Shown piece after piece: positions 8,752-17,646 of a stretch of DNA of 64,000 nt. How positions within the stretch are numbered: position 1 is the stretch's first letter; every line of letters begins with the position of its first letter. Location: sequence record PP601403.1. The stretch is one strand, 5' to 3'. The translations under genes and the position numbers were made by a program. The notes below the pieces were generated by a model, which saw only the letters and a program-made list of their open reading frames with translations, made no database searches and had not been told where the DNA came from.

Positions 8752-10452
8752 ATGGATCCGCAGTTGCTAAGAAAGATCTCCAAGACCAGAGAACCGTTTA
8801 CACCGGAACTGGTTGAAGGGTGGCACGAAAAAGATTTGAACAAGAGTGTCACGTATCTTGAAAACTGTTTTAGAAATATGTTTAGATCGTTAGAAGAAAA
8901 AGGATATGTTTTCGACGGGATCGAAAAAGTTCCTCCTCTGGAGTTTTATAACGCAATCACCAAACCAGGTAACGGAACGAGTTCCGGAACAAAAGAGTTT
9001 GAAATTGCTAAGAACTCTTTTTATGGTGTGCGCGTAAAACATCACTTCAAAGACCCTGTAACAGGTGTATGTCAAGAACTCAAAGAACCTTTGATGTTCC
9101 TACCTTACACTAATCGACATGGAGATATTTATACTCGTAACTCACTGTATGGTTTACAGTACGTGTTATCAGAACGAGGTCCTTCTGTAGATGGGGGTAA
9201 AGATAAAACTATCTTTATTCGTGTAACGGGATACAAGTTCAAAGTAACCAAGGAATTACATACCTTTAACAGGGTATATAAAGCAGGTGAGAATACAATC
9301 ACCAATGCAATGAATATGACACTTCCCGCAAACCGCTTTTATCAAGCGCGTAAAGATCGTCGTATTACCAACACTAAGATTCCTATTCCTTTGTTGAGTT
9401 GGTATCTGTTTGGTAAATATGGTTTCTCTCACTGTATGGAAGAGTACGGTGAATGCGAGTATCGACTAGATACTGTTGACACTTTGCTTGAACATTATAA
9501 AGAGAAAGATGGTTGGGAGATTTATAGTAATACAGGTGCAATTCACCCAAAGGCTTTTGATAGACCAGTTGGTATGCCTTTGATGGACGATCCTGCAATT
9601 GCTATTCGTAGTAAAAATAAAGACGGACAGGTTAGTAACCTAGCACTGCAATATACTGCTGGACTGCTATACATGTTCGGAGTATTCAACCATGATCTTG
9701 ATATTACCAAATTGGATGATATCAATTATTGGCGTTTAATCATTGGTCGCTGTTCTATTAAGTTAGCGCTGCGTACTGAAGATGATATTTATCTGAAACA
9801 GATGAACGAACATTTCCTGTCTGTTGAAGAGTACGCTGATGATCTTACCATTGACAAGTACAACAAGTTCGATATTGAAGTAAAGAACACGTACGACTTG
9901 CTCAATTATCTCATGTTGAATTACTCAAACCTGATTAAGTTGTATGATCCAGCTGACATGCTCCACAAGGAACTCTCCTCTATGGAATTCCTAATGGATT
10001 ACATGATCAACCAAGCTAACAACTTTAAGTTCCAAATCAGGAATAAAGCAGTTATCATTCCAAAGATCATTAATCGCGAAATTGATACGTTCTTCCGTCT
10101 GTTTAACATAGACAAGAGTGTTCGTGATAATAATGTCTGCTTGGAACAAACCGGAACGGATAATCCGTTTATCGATTATGGATTGGGTGTGATTCTTCAA
10201 ACCAAGGCTAATGTTGGAAAAGGTCCTGGTAGAAAGAAAGAAGACTTCGATCCCAATCATCCGGGATCCAAGATTCATGCGTCACAACCCTTTGTCTGTA
10301 GTTATCAATTTACAACTAAACCGAATCCAGATGGACGAGGGCTACTACAACCACGAGTAAGATTGGTTGCTGGTAGATTCGTAGCACTCCATCCGGAGGA
10401 TCGACAGTTGTATGAAGCAACGAATCATCGCCTCAAGTTTAGAGAGCGCTAA
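8752..10452 (+). CDS. Non-virion RNA polymerase beta subunit, N-terminal half (phiKZ gp123-like)
   Basis: RpoB-like segments (PYTNRHGDIY...LYGLQYVLSERG; HASQPFVCSYQFTTKPNPDGRGLL); size and synteny after MCP. Confidence 0.8.
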   Translation: MDPQLLRKISKTREPFTPELVEGWHEKDLNKSVTYLENCFRNMFRSLEEKGYVFDGIEKVPPLEFYNAITKPGNGTSSGTKEFEIAKNSFYGVRVKHHFKDPVTGVCQELKEPLMFLPYTNRHGDIYTRNSLYGLQYVLSERGPSVDGGKDKTIFIRVTGYKFKVTKELHTFNRVYKAGENTITNAMNMTLPANRFYQARKDRRITNTKIPIPLLSWYLFGKYGFSHCMEEYGECEYRLDTVDTLLEHYKEKDGWEIYSNTGAIHPKAFDRPVGMPLMDDPAIAIRSKNKDGQVSNLALQYTAGLLYMFGVFNHDLDITKLDDINYWRLIIGRCSIKLALRTEDDIYLKQMNEHFLSVEEYADDLTIDKYNKFDIEVKNTYDLLNYLMLNYSNLIKLYDPADMLHKELSSMEFLMDYMINQANNFKFQIRNKAVIIPKIINREIDTFFRLFNIDKSVRDNNVCLEQTGTDNPFIDYGLGVILQTKANVGKGPGRKKEDFDPNHPGSKIHASQPFVCSYQFTTKPNPDGRGLLQPRVRLVAGRFVALHPEDRQLYEATNHRLKFRER

Positions 10453-10471
10453 CGCATAAGGTGGTATTATA

Positions 10472-12883
10472 ATGAACGGCGGAACACTTCTAGGTCGTAA
10501 CACCCAGATGTTTAACAACAATAACAGTAACCAACCGCAAGGTAATCTGCAACAACCCCAAGGTAATATGAACCAAGGTAACCAGTTACTTGGTCAATTG
10601 ATCCAGTTGTCAAAGGGTGGTGCTAACCTTAATCAACAAGGTGGTGGTTCTAGTAGTCTGTATAACTTTAATAATGGTAGTGATCCGTCTTTTAACCAAT
10701 TCCTTGATCTTAGCGATGCTCAAAGTAATGAAATCCTTAAGGGACAATCATTAGCTGAAGCAAGTCAACTTGCTGGTGTGGTTTTGCAACATGGATTTAG
10801 GCGTATTCAAGGTCCGTATTACAATGCCATTCGTCAAGGTATGGAACTATTCCGTAGATTGGATCGCAACTCTCCACATTTGGTTGATGATACGAGTGAG
10901 CTGTTTTATAACCAGATCATGAGTAACAACAACTTGTACAATCATATTGTCGCTAATAGCTGTTTGCAGCTTTCTGCTTTGGCCGCTATGCGACTAATGA
11001 ATGGTGAGAACATTCGCGGGAACGCTAATGTAATTACTGAAATGATTGTAGATGCCGTTGGTGCAACCTGTGGTCTCCAGCTGCTGGATTGGATTTGTAA
11101 GAATCCTAATGGTTCTACCATCTTCCATAACTCCAGTCAGAACTTTAAAGCACTCCTTCGTCGTGTAGAAGGTTGCTGGGATAGTATCAAAGCTCGATAC
11201 GATTTCATCCCTGGTTCTGTAATTCCCTGGGAACGTGGACAGTTGACAGCTACCATGCGTAAAAATGATCTTCCCAATTACTTGCTTGATGCAAGAATGG
11301 GATTTAACTTTGAAGGTTTGATCGGTAACAGTTATCAAGCTGTGCAAGATCTTACTCCTTCCCACCATACTGTTAAAGATCATAATCAGGGTATTGACCC
11401 GGCTGGTTATCAATTGATGATGGACTACTTCAATCGCACCAAGTGTTCTGTTGAAGACGGCACATACCCAACTGCCCCTAGTAAGGAAGAACGAGTTCAG
11501 CAACGTCAAGATTATCATAACGTTAATGATTTTGACCGCGAAGTTAAATCCACCAAGTACTTTACTATGGATACTCGTTTTGATTATCACTTTGACGATT
11601 ACTTCGTTCAGATTGGTGATACTGGTTGGTACGTTGCTGAGAACCAGGTCATGATCGATATCATGTCCAAGTTCACCAACGTTAACACTGGTAAGAAATT
11701 TGTTAAATCTGAAGTGTTCTATCTTAACCTTGAATGGGTTTCACTGTGTCGTTTTGATGTAGCTAACGGAACTGCTGAAATCAAATTCTTACGTATCCCA
11801 GGAGAAGATGCATTGAGATTCGCTCTTACAGACCCGAATCGTGTTCTTCCATTTATGTGGGAACACAATGGAGAAGTTGTTTCCTCGTTTGTTGCTAATC
11901 CGGCAGAAACCAATGACTTTGTTCGTGATAATAAAGTTATTAGTCTGGGTGAAATGCAACCTCTGGAGAAAGAACCGAACATCCTGTCTTCCAGTAATGT
12001 AGTTAAAGTAAACTCTGAAAGTGAAGCTTTTGCTAAGGTAGATGCTTCTCTGAAGACTTTTGACAAGCAAAATCATCTTGATGCATTCATTATGGCAACT
12101 GAACTGAATGCACCATTTACATTTGAAGAAGGAGTTGAATCAAAGAAATTCTACGAGATGTTTAACACCTTGGTTATTGGAGAGGAATTGGATTACTCTA
12201 ATAGCTATGACATGTTCAAATCTCTGGAACGTAAAGTTAAGCAGTTTGGTTCTGCTATGTTTGAACAGTTCCTACGTACTCAACTTACCAACTTGGTTAA
12301 TCGTTGGTTGAATGAGTGCCGTGGGTTCCCTGCTGAAAACGATGGTGTAAACTTCTTTGTTAAACTTGATGATCTGTTTGATGATCTGGATGCTTTCTGT
12401 GAACTGCTGAAGAATAAGGATCATGAGTCACTTCGTGCTTTCCTAAATCTAGCCGATAATGAATTCCTAAAGAGTAATTTGCAATTTATCAAACCAGCAA
12501 AGGAAACTGAAGAAGAACTGTTTAAGAATGTAGATAAAGATGATCCGGTAGCCGTAGCCGTAGCTACTAATGAGTTTGCTCAGTCGGTCGTACTCAAACG
12601 TCAAGTTATGATCACACAACTGAGAAAAGAGATCGGTCCTGTAAGTAACGATAAAGTAACTTTGATGGAATCACTTTCACCAGCAGTATTTGCTATTGTA
12701 AAAGAAGCACGTAAACGTTCAGAGTTGTTGTTTGGACGTCAAGTTCCTGTGTTGCTGGAATTTGAAACTCCAAGTGGTAATCACACTCGTTCTGCTACGT
12801 ACTGTGATTTTGATCAATCTGTTATGAACATCTCGGCACTGAAAGGTCTGGGTGAACTTATCTTACTTCGTACTGTAGATTAA
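10472..12883 (+). CDS. Large conserved hypothetical protein with an N/Q/G-rich N-terminus
   Basis: 803 aa; AAGGTGG RBS; low-complexity first 80 aa or so. Confidence 0.75.
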   Translation: MNGGTLLGRNTQMFNNNNSNQPQGNLQQPQGNMNQGNQLLGQLIQLSKGGANLNQQGGGSSSLYNFNNGSDPSFNQFLDLSDAQSNEILKGQSLAEASQLAGVVLQHGFRRIQGPYYNAIRQGMELFRRLDRNSPHLVDDTSELFYNQIMSNNNLYNHIVANSCLQLSALAAMRLMNGENIRGNANVITEMIVDAVGATCGLQLLDWICKNPNGSTIFHNSSQNFKALLRRVEGCWDSIKARYDFIPGSVIPWERGQLTATMRKNDLPNYLLDARMGFNFEGLIGNSYQAVQDLTPSHHTVKDHNQGIDPAGYQLMMDYFNRTKCSVEDGTYPTAPSKEERVQQRQDYHNVNDFDREVKSTKYFTMDTRFDYHFDDYFVQIGDTGWYVAENQVMIDIMSKFTNVNTGKKFVKSEVFYLNLEWVSLCRFDVANGTAEIKFLRIPGEDALRFALTDPNRVLPFMWEHNGEVVSSFVANPAETNDFVRDNKVISLGEMQPLEKEPNILSSSNVVKVNSESEAFAKVDASLKTFDKQNHLDAFIMATELNAPFTFEEGVESKKFYEMFNTLVIGEELDYSNSYDMFKSLERKVKQFGSAMFEQFLRTQLTNLVNRWLNECRGFPAENDGVNFFVKLDDLFDDLDAFCELLKNKDHESLRAFLNLADNEFLKSNLQFIKPAKETEEELFKNVDKDDPVAVAVATNEFAQSVVLKRQVMITQLRKEIGPVSNDKVTLMESLSPAVFAIVKEARKRSELLFGRQVPVLLEFETPSGNHTRSATYCDFDQSVMNISALKGLGELILLRTVD

Positions 12884-12909
12884 AGAGTTATTCGCGAATA
12901 AATCTAAAG

Positions 12910-12937
12910 CCTATACCTGGATCACTCCAGGTATAGG
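12910..12937. terminator. Stem-loop terminator
   Basis: CCTATACCTGGA-TCAC-TCCAGGTATAGG. Confidence 0.8.
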
Positions 12938-13072
12938 TCTATTTCATCGTGTAATTCTTTTTAAGCAATTGTTTATGTTAATCCAACAGAATGTATGGGA
13001 TACTTGTTACTATTGATTAGAAAGCGTTATATGAGCTTTGGTGTTATTTTAAGATCCAAGAAATCTCAGACC

Positions 13073-13080
13073 TATATTAC
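13073..13080 (+). promoter_or_regulatory. Early promoter core TATATTAC
   Basis: Exact match to the phiKZ early-promoter core, in an intergenic region upstream of 13153. Confidence 0.6.
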
Positions 13081-13129
13081 TATAGTGTATAAACATGACA
13101 AGTGTTTATCATATTCAGATATTTTCCAC

Positions 13130-13146
13130 AAGTCTAGATAAGGAAT
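13130..13146 (+). promoter_or_regulatory. Recurrent pre-RBS element AAGTCTAGATAAGGAAT, copy 1
   Basis: 17-nt identity with 38154..38170; variants at 52219 and 54359. Confidence 0.6.
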
Positions 13147-13152
13147 GTAATT

Positions 13153-13602
13153 ATGCCTATTATTAACACTTCTGCACTGAATCTGAACTCCGACATGTCC
13201 GCTCCAGCGCCTACCGTATCTACCAACACTGATAATCTCAGTCCGAACAAATGGATCGTTGCTGGCGTAGCTATCTCCGCTGCTCTGGCTGTTAACCTGA
13301 CCGAACAGGTTAAAGAAGATCGTTTTGATCTGGTGTCAAACGTTGCAACTGTAAGCGCTGCTGTGCTGGCTGGTGGTGTATCGTACAAGCTAGCCAAAGA
13401 CGTTGAAGGCGTACCTACTTCACTAGTGGCCACCATGGGTGGTTCCTTGGGGATCCTGTCATCAGTAGTTGTAGCGCCTGCTGTTAACGTTCTGGGTAAC
13501 AAGGTTAAAGATCACTTCTCTACCAAGGTAGAAGAACAACCTGTTATGATCGTTGATAACGATGCACTACAGGAATACCTGGAACAGAAAGAAGTTGCAT
13601 AA
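13153..13602 (+). CDS. Putative early membrane-associated protein
   Basis: 149 aa; three small-residue-rich hydrophobic segments; highly-expressed codon bias; has its own promoter and terminator. Confidence 0.7.
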   Translation: MPIINTSALNLNSDMSAPAPTVSTNTDNLSPNKWIVAGVAISAALAVNLTEQVKEDRFDLVSNVATVSAAVLAGGVSYKLAKDVEGVPTSLVATMGGSLGILSSVVVAPAVNVLGNKVKDHFSTKVEEQPVMIVDNDALQEYLEQKEVA

Positions 13603-13608
13603 TAAGTT

Positions 13609-13640
13609 TTCCTACCTACCCTTAATTGGGTAGGTAGGAA
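13609..13640. terminator. Bidirectional stem-loop terminator
   Basis: TTCCTACCTACCC-TTAATT-GGGTAGGTAGGAA between convergent genes. Confidence 0.85.
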
Positions 13641-13652
13641 CTTAAGATTTTT

Positions 13653-14606
13653 TTATTCTTTATTGTCTTCAACAATCTTTTTAAGTTTACTAATTCCAGA
13701 TTCAATTTGTAAAATTTGGTTATCACAATGTTTAATCAAAGAGGTATTATTATTAGAAGCTTGAACCATGTGTTTACACAGTTTTTCAATTTCTTTTCCA
13801 CGTTTGATAAAGACTTCTTCTTTATCATTCAAATACTTCTTCGCTATTTCATTGTTATACTCAAGATCTTTGGTAACTTCAGCAAGACCTTGGGTTGCGA
13901 CGTTCCGCATTTCTTGATAAAGCCCTTGGAGAGTTACTAGCGGAGCAATAGTTTTAAAAGAACTTATGAAGGTTGCAGGGGTCTTAATATCGTTAAAAAC
14001 TCTATGCTCGGATGCCACCTTATTAATCTTTTCATAAATTTCTTTAATCTCTTTAAACTTAAAACCTGAATCTGAAACTTTAGGACCAGGGACGTTCTCA
14101 ACATCAAACCATTTTAATAAAGCCTCATGCTGACCAGCTGTGTATGTGTCTTTAAACTTATAGTAATGATCAAAAGCAAGTGCAACCTCTTTGTTTTCCA
14201 TGAGGTTTGTAATGCGCTCCATTTGTTTTTCAATCCTCTCCTTTGCTTCTTGAGTAAGTCCTGTAATTTCCACTGGTTTTATATTAGTTAAAAAAGTTAA
14301 CTGACTCTTAGTACTTTTAACTGCATCATCAATAGTTTTAGTTTGTTTAGATCCTTTACTACCAAAGAAGAAATCTCTAATAGCTTTCAAGAAGTTCTTA
14401 ATCATTTCATAAACTTTTTGAGCGCCAGCTTTCACAGAACCCATGAAACTCTCAGAACCTTCTCTGCCTTTAAAATCTACACCGTTGAGTTTCAATACCG
14501 TCTTGGCATAAACAGAATCTGGAGAAGTAAAATCTCCATTAGAAAGAGATTCAAAACCAGTTAAAGTACTTAATACATGTTCAAGATTATCAATATTAAC
14601 ATTCAT
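13653..14606 (-). CDS. Internal head protein paralogue B
   Basis: Shares the 84-aa leader with 1734..2657; no recognisable similarity in the C-terminal 233 aa. Confidence 0.65.
   Translation of the reverse strand: MNVNIDNLEHVLSTLTGFESLSNGDFTSPDSVYAKTVLKLNGVDFKGREGSESFMGSVKAGAQKVYEMIKNFLKAIRDFFFGSKGSKQTKTIDDAVKSTKSQLTFLTNIKPVEITGLTQEAKERIEKQMERITNLMENKEVALAFDHYYKFKDTYTAGQHEALLKWFDVENVPGPKVSDSGFKFKEIKEIYEKINKVASEHRVFNDIKTPATFISSFKTIAPLVTLQGLYQEMRNVATQGLAEVTKDLEYNNEIAKKYLNDKEEVFIKRGKEIEKLCKHMVQASNNNTSLIKHCDNQILQIESGISKLKKIVEDNKE
14355..14606 (-). repeat. Right arm of the 252-bp inverted repeat (partner 1734..1985)
   Basis: Its reverse complement aligns with 1734..1985; similarity extends about 25 nt into the RBS region. 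Confidence 0.95.
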
Positions 14607-14648
14607 TTAATTTATTCCCTTTTAGTTAAATACAAAGCATTTATAAAG

Positions 14649-14679
14649 TTATACACCTACCTTCTTGATAGGTGTATAA
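14649..14679. terminator. Stem-loop between the portal gene and paralogue B
   Basis: TTATACACCTA-9 nt-TAGGTGTATAA. Confidence 0.6.
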
Positions 14680-14692
14680 AGATTAGTTATTT

Positions 14693-17620
14693 TTATTCTT
14701 CGTCAGGAAGTTTATCCTCGGGAACTACTTCTTCCTCATCATTTTCATTAGAGGTGTTTTCGTCTACCACGATATCAGGATCAGCTGCCGGTAATTCATC
14801 TTCAGCAAATGGATCAGTATCGTTACTGTCACCACTTAAGAATGAATCACCTCCACCCATTGGATCTACTTGAGTTTCATCGACACCAAGGTCATTACCT
14901 TCCGGTTCATCAAACTTGGTATCTTGTTTCTCTTTCTTCTCAACGAGCTTCTTCATTTCCCTACGAGGTTTCTCTTGACCTTTGACATACTCACCAAGGA
15001 ACTTAATTACGTTACATTGCAAGTTAGTAATATCATTGACCATACTCAACATACCGCCTCCATCGCCATTATTAAGAATCATCTCAAATGGAGAAGGAAT
15101 GTTAAAACGCTCAAACGCATGTTGTAACAAAGCGGCTTTAATCTGACCAAGAAGTTCATCAGGCTCAATATTAAGTTCTTCAGCTTTCTTCTCAATAAAC
15201 TTAACACCACCACCCATTTCAATCCAAGCAGAAACAAGCTTATTAATAGATTCGATCTTATCTTCGATCTTGTTAATAGTCTCGTTAATAGCAGGAGAAG
15301 GAAGTTCCACAAAGAAGTTATTGATAAAGTCAAGTAAGACCATTTCAACATCATCAATTTCCTGAGATTGTTCTTCAGGAGTAATAACTTCTACGCCATC
15401 ACCTTCAACGTTCTCAGGATCCTGTTCTTCTTCTTTTTTCTTCTTACCTTTCTTAGTTCCTTCTACTTCTAACTCTTGCGCTTCTTCTTTTACTTCTTCA
15501 GAATCACGTTGAGCATGAAGGGAACCAGTTTGATCGGGTTTGGTATAAAGAGCTTTGTTCTCTTTAATAATAGTAATCAGATCAGTAAGAAGCGGTTCGT
15601 TACACCTAATATGCTTCTTCATGAAGTCAGAGAAGAACCCGCTAAACAAACGTGACCATTCGGCGGTTTGGTTGCGAAGAAGTTCCTGATCAGCAAGAGC
15701 TTCAATAGCAAAGTCATTACCTTCACCAGTGTCTTCCAACCAACTGCGTTTCAAGCAGAAGTAACCAGCAATAGTGTTAAGCAAACCTTCTTTACTAGAC
15801 GGATCAATAGTCTTCAAAGGTTCGCGGCTCATCTGACTAGTTTCGATAGTGGGAGCAATAACATGTTTGTTATCCCCAGCATCTACTTTAATAGTCAGAC
15901 TCTGTTCCTTAAAACGATCCAATACAGCATCAATGCTAACGTTGTTATAACCCATGATGTCGTGAAGCGTCGGGTTATTCGCGAAGTATTCATCTCGTAC
16001 CAGAGCAATAGTGTTGCGAGCATTGACATCTTCTTTCTCTAAACCAATGCGAAGTTCAGAGTGAGAGATGGCGTTCTCAACGTTAGCTAGGATGTCGGCA
16101 GTTTCCAGAATAGCTAAACGAGTAATGTGAAGTTTAGCTTCTTCAACCAAAGAACGGCCAATACCAGCATTAGAGAAGTCCACAGCTATATAAGTGACAT
16201 ATTCAGCAGGAACAAATACACAACGCACACCTTGCTGTTTAAATGCACGAGATAAGAACAACTTCTTATTGTTTTCGCTCAGTGATACAGTTACAGATTT
16301 CTCCAGATCGCCATTAATGAAACCTTCAATGAACTCTTTCTCCAAAATAGCTGAGCTCATTTCTACCATCCACTCCATGTCAAGATTACACTCTTCACCT
16401 TGAGCAATCTGACGGATATGGTTAGCCATTTCATTAACTGAGCCAAATGCTGGACGTTGTGTCCCGCCTGTGTTATAAAACTTGCTATCACTAGTAGATT
16501 TCAGGTATTCGCCAGTCTTAGGATCAACCATCAGGATATAACCAAATGGTTTACCAATCTCACCATTAACATGAACTGGAATACATGCTTCACTAGGAAT
16601 GTGGTAAGTAACACCTAATCCACGACCAGTACCAGTGTAGAACTTACTTTGACGAACAGAGAGATGTTCATTATAAGCAAAGTTACGATTAGGATATAAC
16701 TTACTTAATTGTTGATCTAAAGATTTCTTCTCAGCAATAGCTACATTATTGGCATTAGCTTTATGACGAGTGTGTTTCTTTTTCTCAAAGACATTACCCA
16801 AGACAGTTTGCAGAGTTTCTTGACCGGCCAAACTTGCTAAACGATCTGCCCGGAGTTTCTGTTTAACTTCACCAACTTTCAATACGTTTACGTTATCAGT
16901 GAAAGTCCAGCCTAATGCATCATTAACTAAGTTATACTCAGCCCCAGCTTCAGGGAGTTTACCGTACAGAGATTCAAATCCAGTTAGTTCATTAGCTGGT
17001 TTAGTTTTACGAATAAAACCGATGTTACGAACTTTAGTGTAAGTTTCATCAGCATAAACTTGACTCAGTTGAGCTGTAGCTACTGTTTTGAAACTTTCTG
17101 TACCAGCGAGTTCATAACCATTAATAAGATGGTCTAAAGCTGAATGAGGAAGATTTAACAAGACATATGAACCAGTACGGCACAGAACGTCTTTAATAAT
17201 TTGAGCTGGCATTTCTTCAAAGGGATATTCTACTGTAAAGTAGTTTTCTACTCTTTGTAGAAGTGTATCATGCAACTTACCATTTTTTACAGCAGAACTA
17301 GTGGTGTCATACTGTAGAATATCTTGATTACCATTTGGTTTAAGAAGTAGTGTAGTCCAGATCTGTTCAGCACGTTTGATGTAATGTGTAACAGTGCGAA
17401 GATCATTAGCAGCCTGGATATTACTACTGATAATTTCTGATAAACGTTTAACTTTACGAATAGGAGCCTTAGCGCTCTCTTCTACCCGTTTTTCGCTACG
17501 GTGTTCCCTGTCTCTTACTAACAGTGCTTGGAGACCTTTCTCCAAAGGAGAGGGGTTCTTTGTCCTGTTACTAAGAGCAGCGCGATCAATCGGTTTAAAA
17601 CCTTTCGGTAGTCCACTCAC
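14693..17620 (-). CDS. Putative portal protein (phiKZ gp129-like)
   Basis: 975 aa, GTG start with AGGGAG RBS; size and synteny; G-x-E sites (AGTES, TGFES, AGQET); acidic C-terminal tail. Confidence 0.65.
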   Translation of the reverse strand: MSGLPKGFKPIDRAALSNRTKNPSPLEKGLQALLVRDREHRSEKRVEESAKAPIRKVKRLSEIISSNIQAANDLRTVTHYIKRAEQIWTTLLLKPNGNQDILQYDTTSSAVKNGKLHDTLLQRVENYFTVEYPFEEMPAQIIKDVLCRTGSYVLLNLPHSALDHLINGYELAGTESFKTVATAQLSQVYADETYTKVRNIGFIRKTKPANELTGFESLYGKLPEAGAEYNLVNDALGWTFTDNVNVLKVGEVKQKLRADRLASLAGQETLQTVLGNVFEKKKHTRHKANANNVAIAEKKSLDQQLSKLYPNRNFAYNEHLSVRQSKFYTGTGRGLGVTYHIPSEACIPVHVNGEIGKPFGYILMVDPKTGEYLKSTSDSKFYNTGGTQRPAFGSVNEMANHIRQIAQGEECNLDMEWMVEMSSAILEKEFIEGFINGDLEKSVTVSLSENNKKLFLSRAFKQQGVRCVFVPAEYVTYIAVDFSNAGIGRSLVEEAKLHITRLAILETADILANVENAISHSELRIGLEKEDVNARNTIALVRDEYFANNPTLHDIMGYNNVSIDAVLDRFKEQSLTIKVDAGDNKHVIAPTIETSQMSREPLKTIDPSSKEGLLNTIAGYFCLKRSWLEDTGEGNDFAIEALADQELLRNQTAEWSRLFSGFFSDFMKKHIRCNEPLLTDLITIIKENKALYTKPDQTGSLHAQRDSEEVKEEAQELEVEGTKKGKKKKEEEQDPENVEGDGVEVITPEEQSQEIDDVEMVLLDFINNFFVELPSPAINETINKIEDKIESINKLVSAWIEMGGGVKFIEKKAEELNIEPDELLGQIKAALLQHAFERFNIPSPFEMILNNGDGGGMLSMVNDITNLQCNVIKFLGEYVKGQEKPRREMKKLVEKKEKQDTKFDEPEGNDLGVDETQVDPMGGGDSFLSGDSNDTDPFAEDELPAADPDIVVDENTSNENDEEEVVPEDKLPDEE

Positions 17621-17646
17621 GTTTATATTCTCCCTTAGGAAACATT

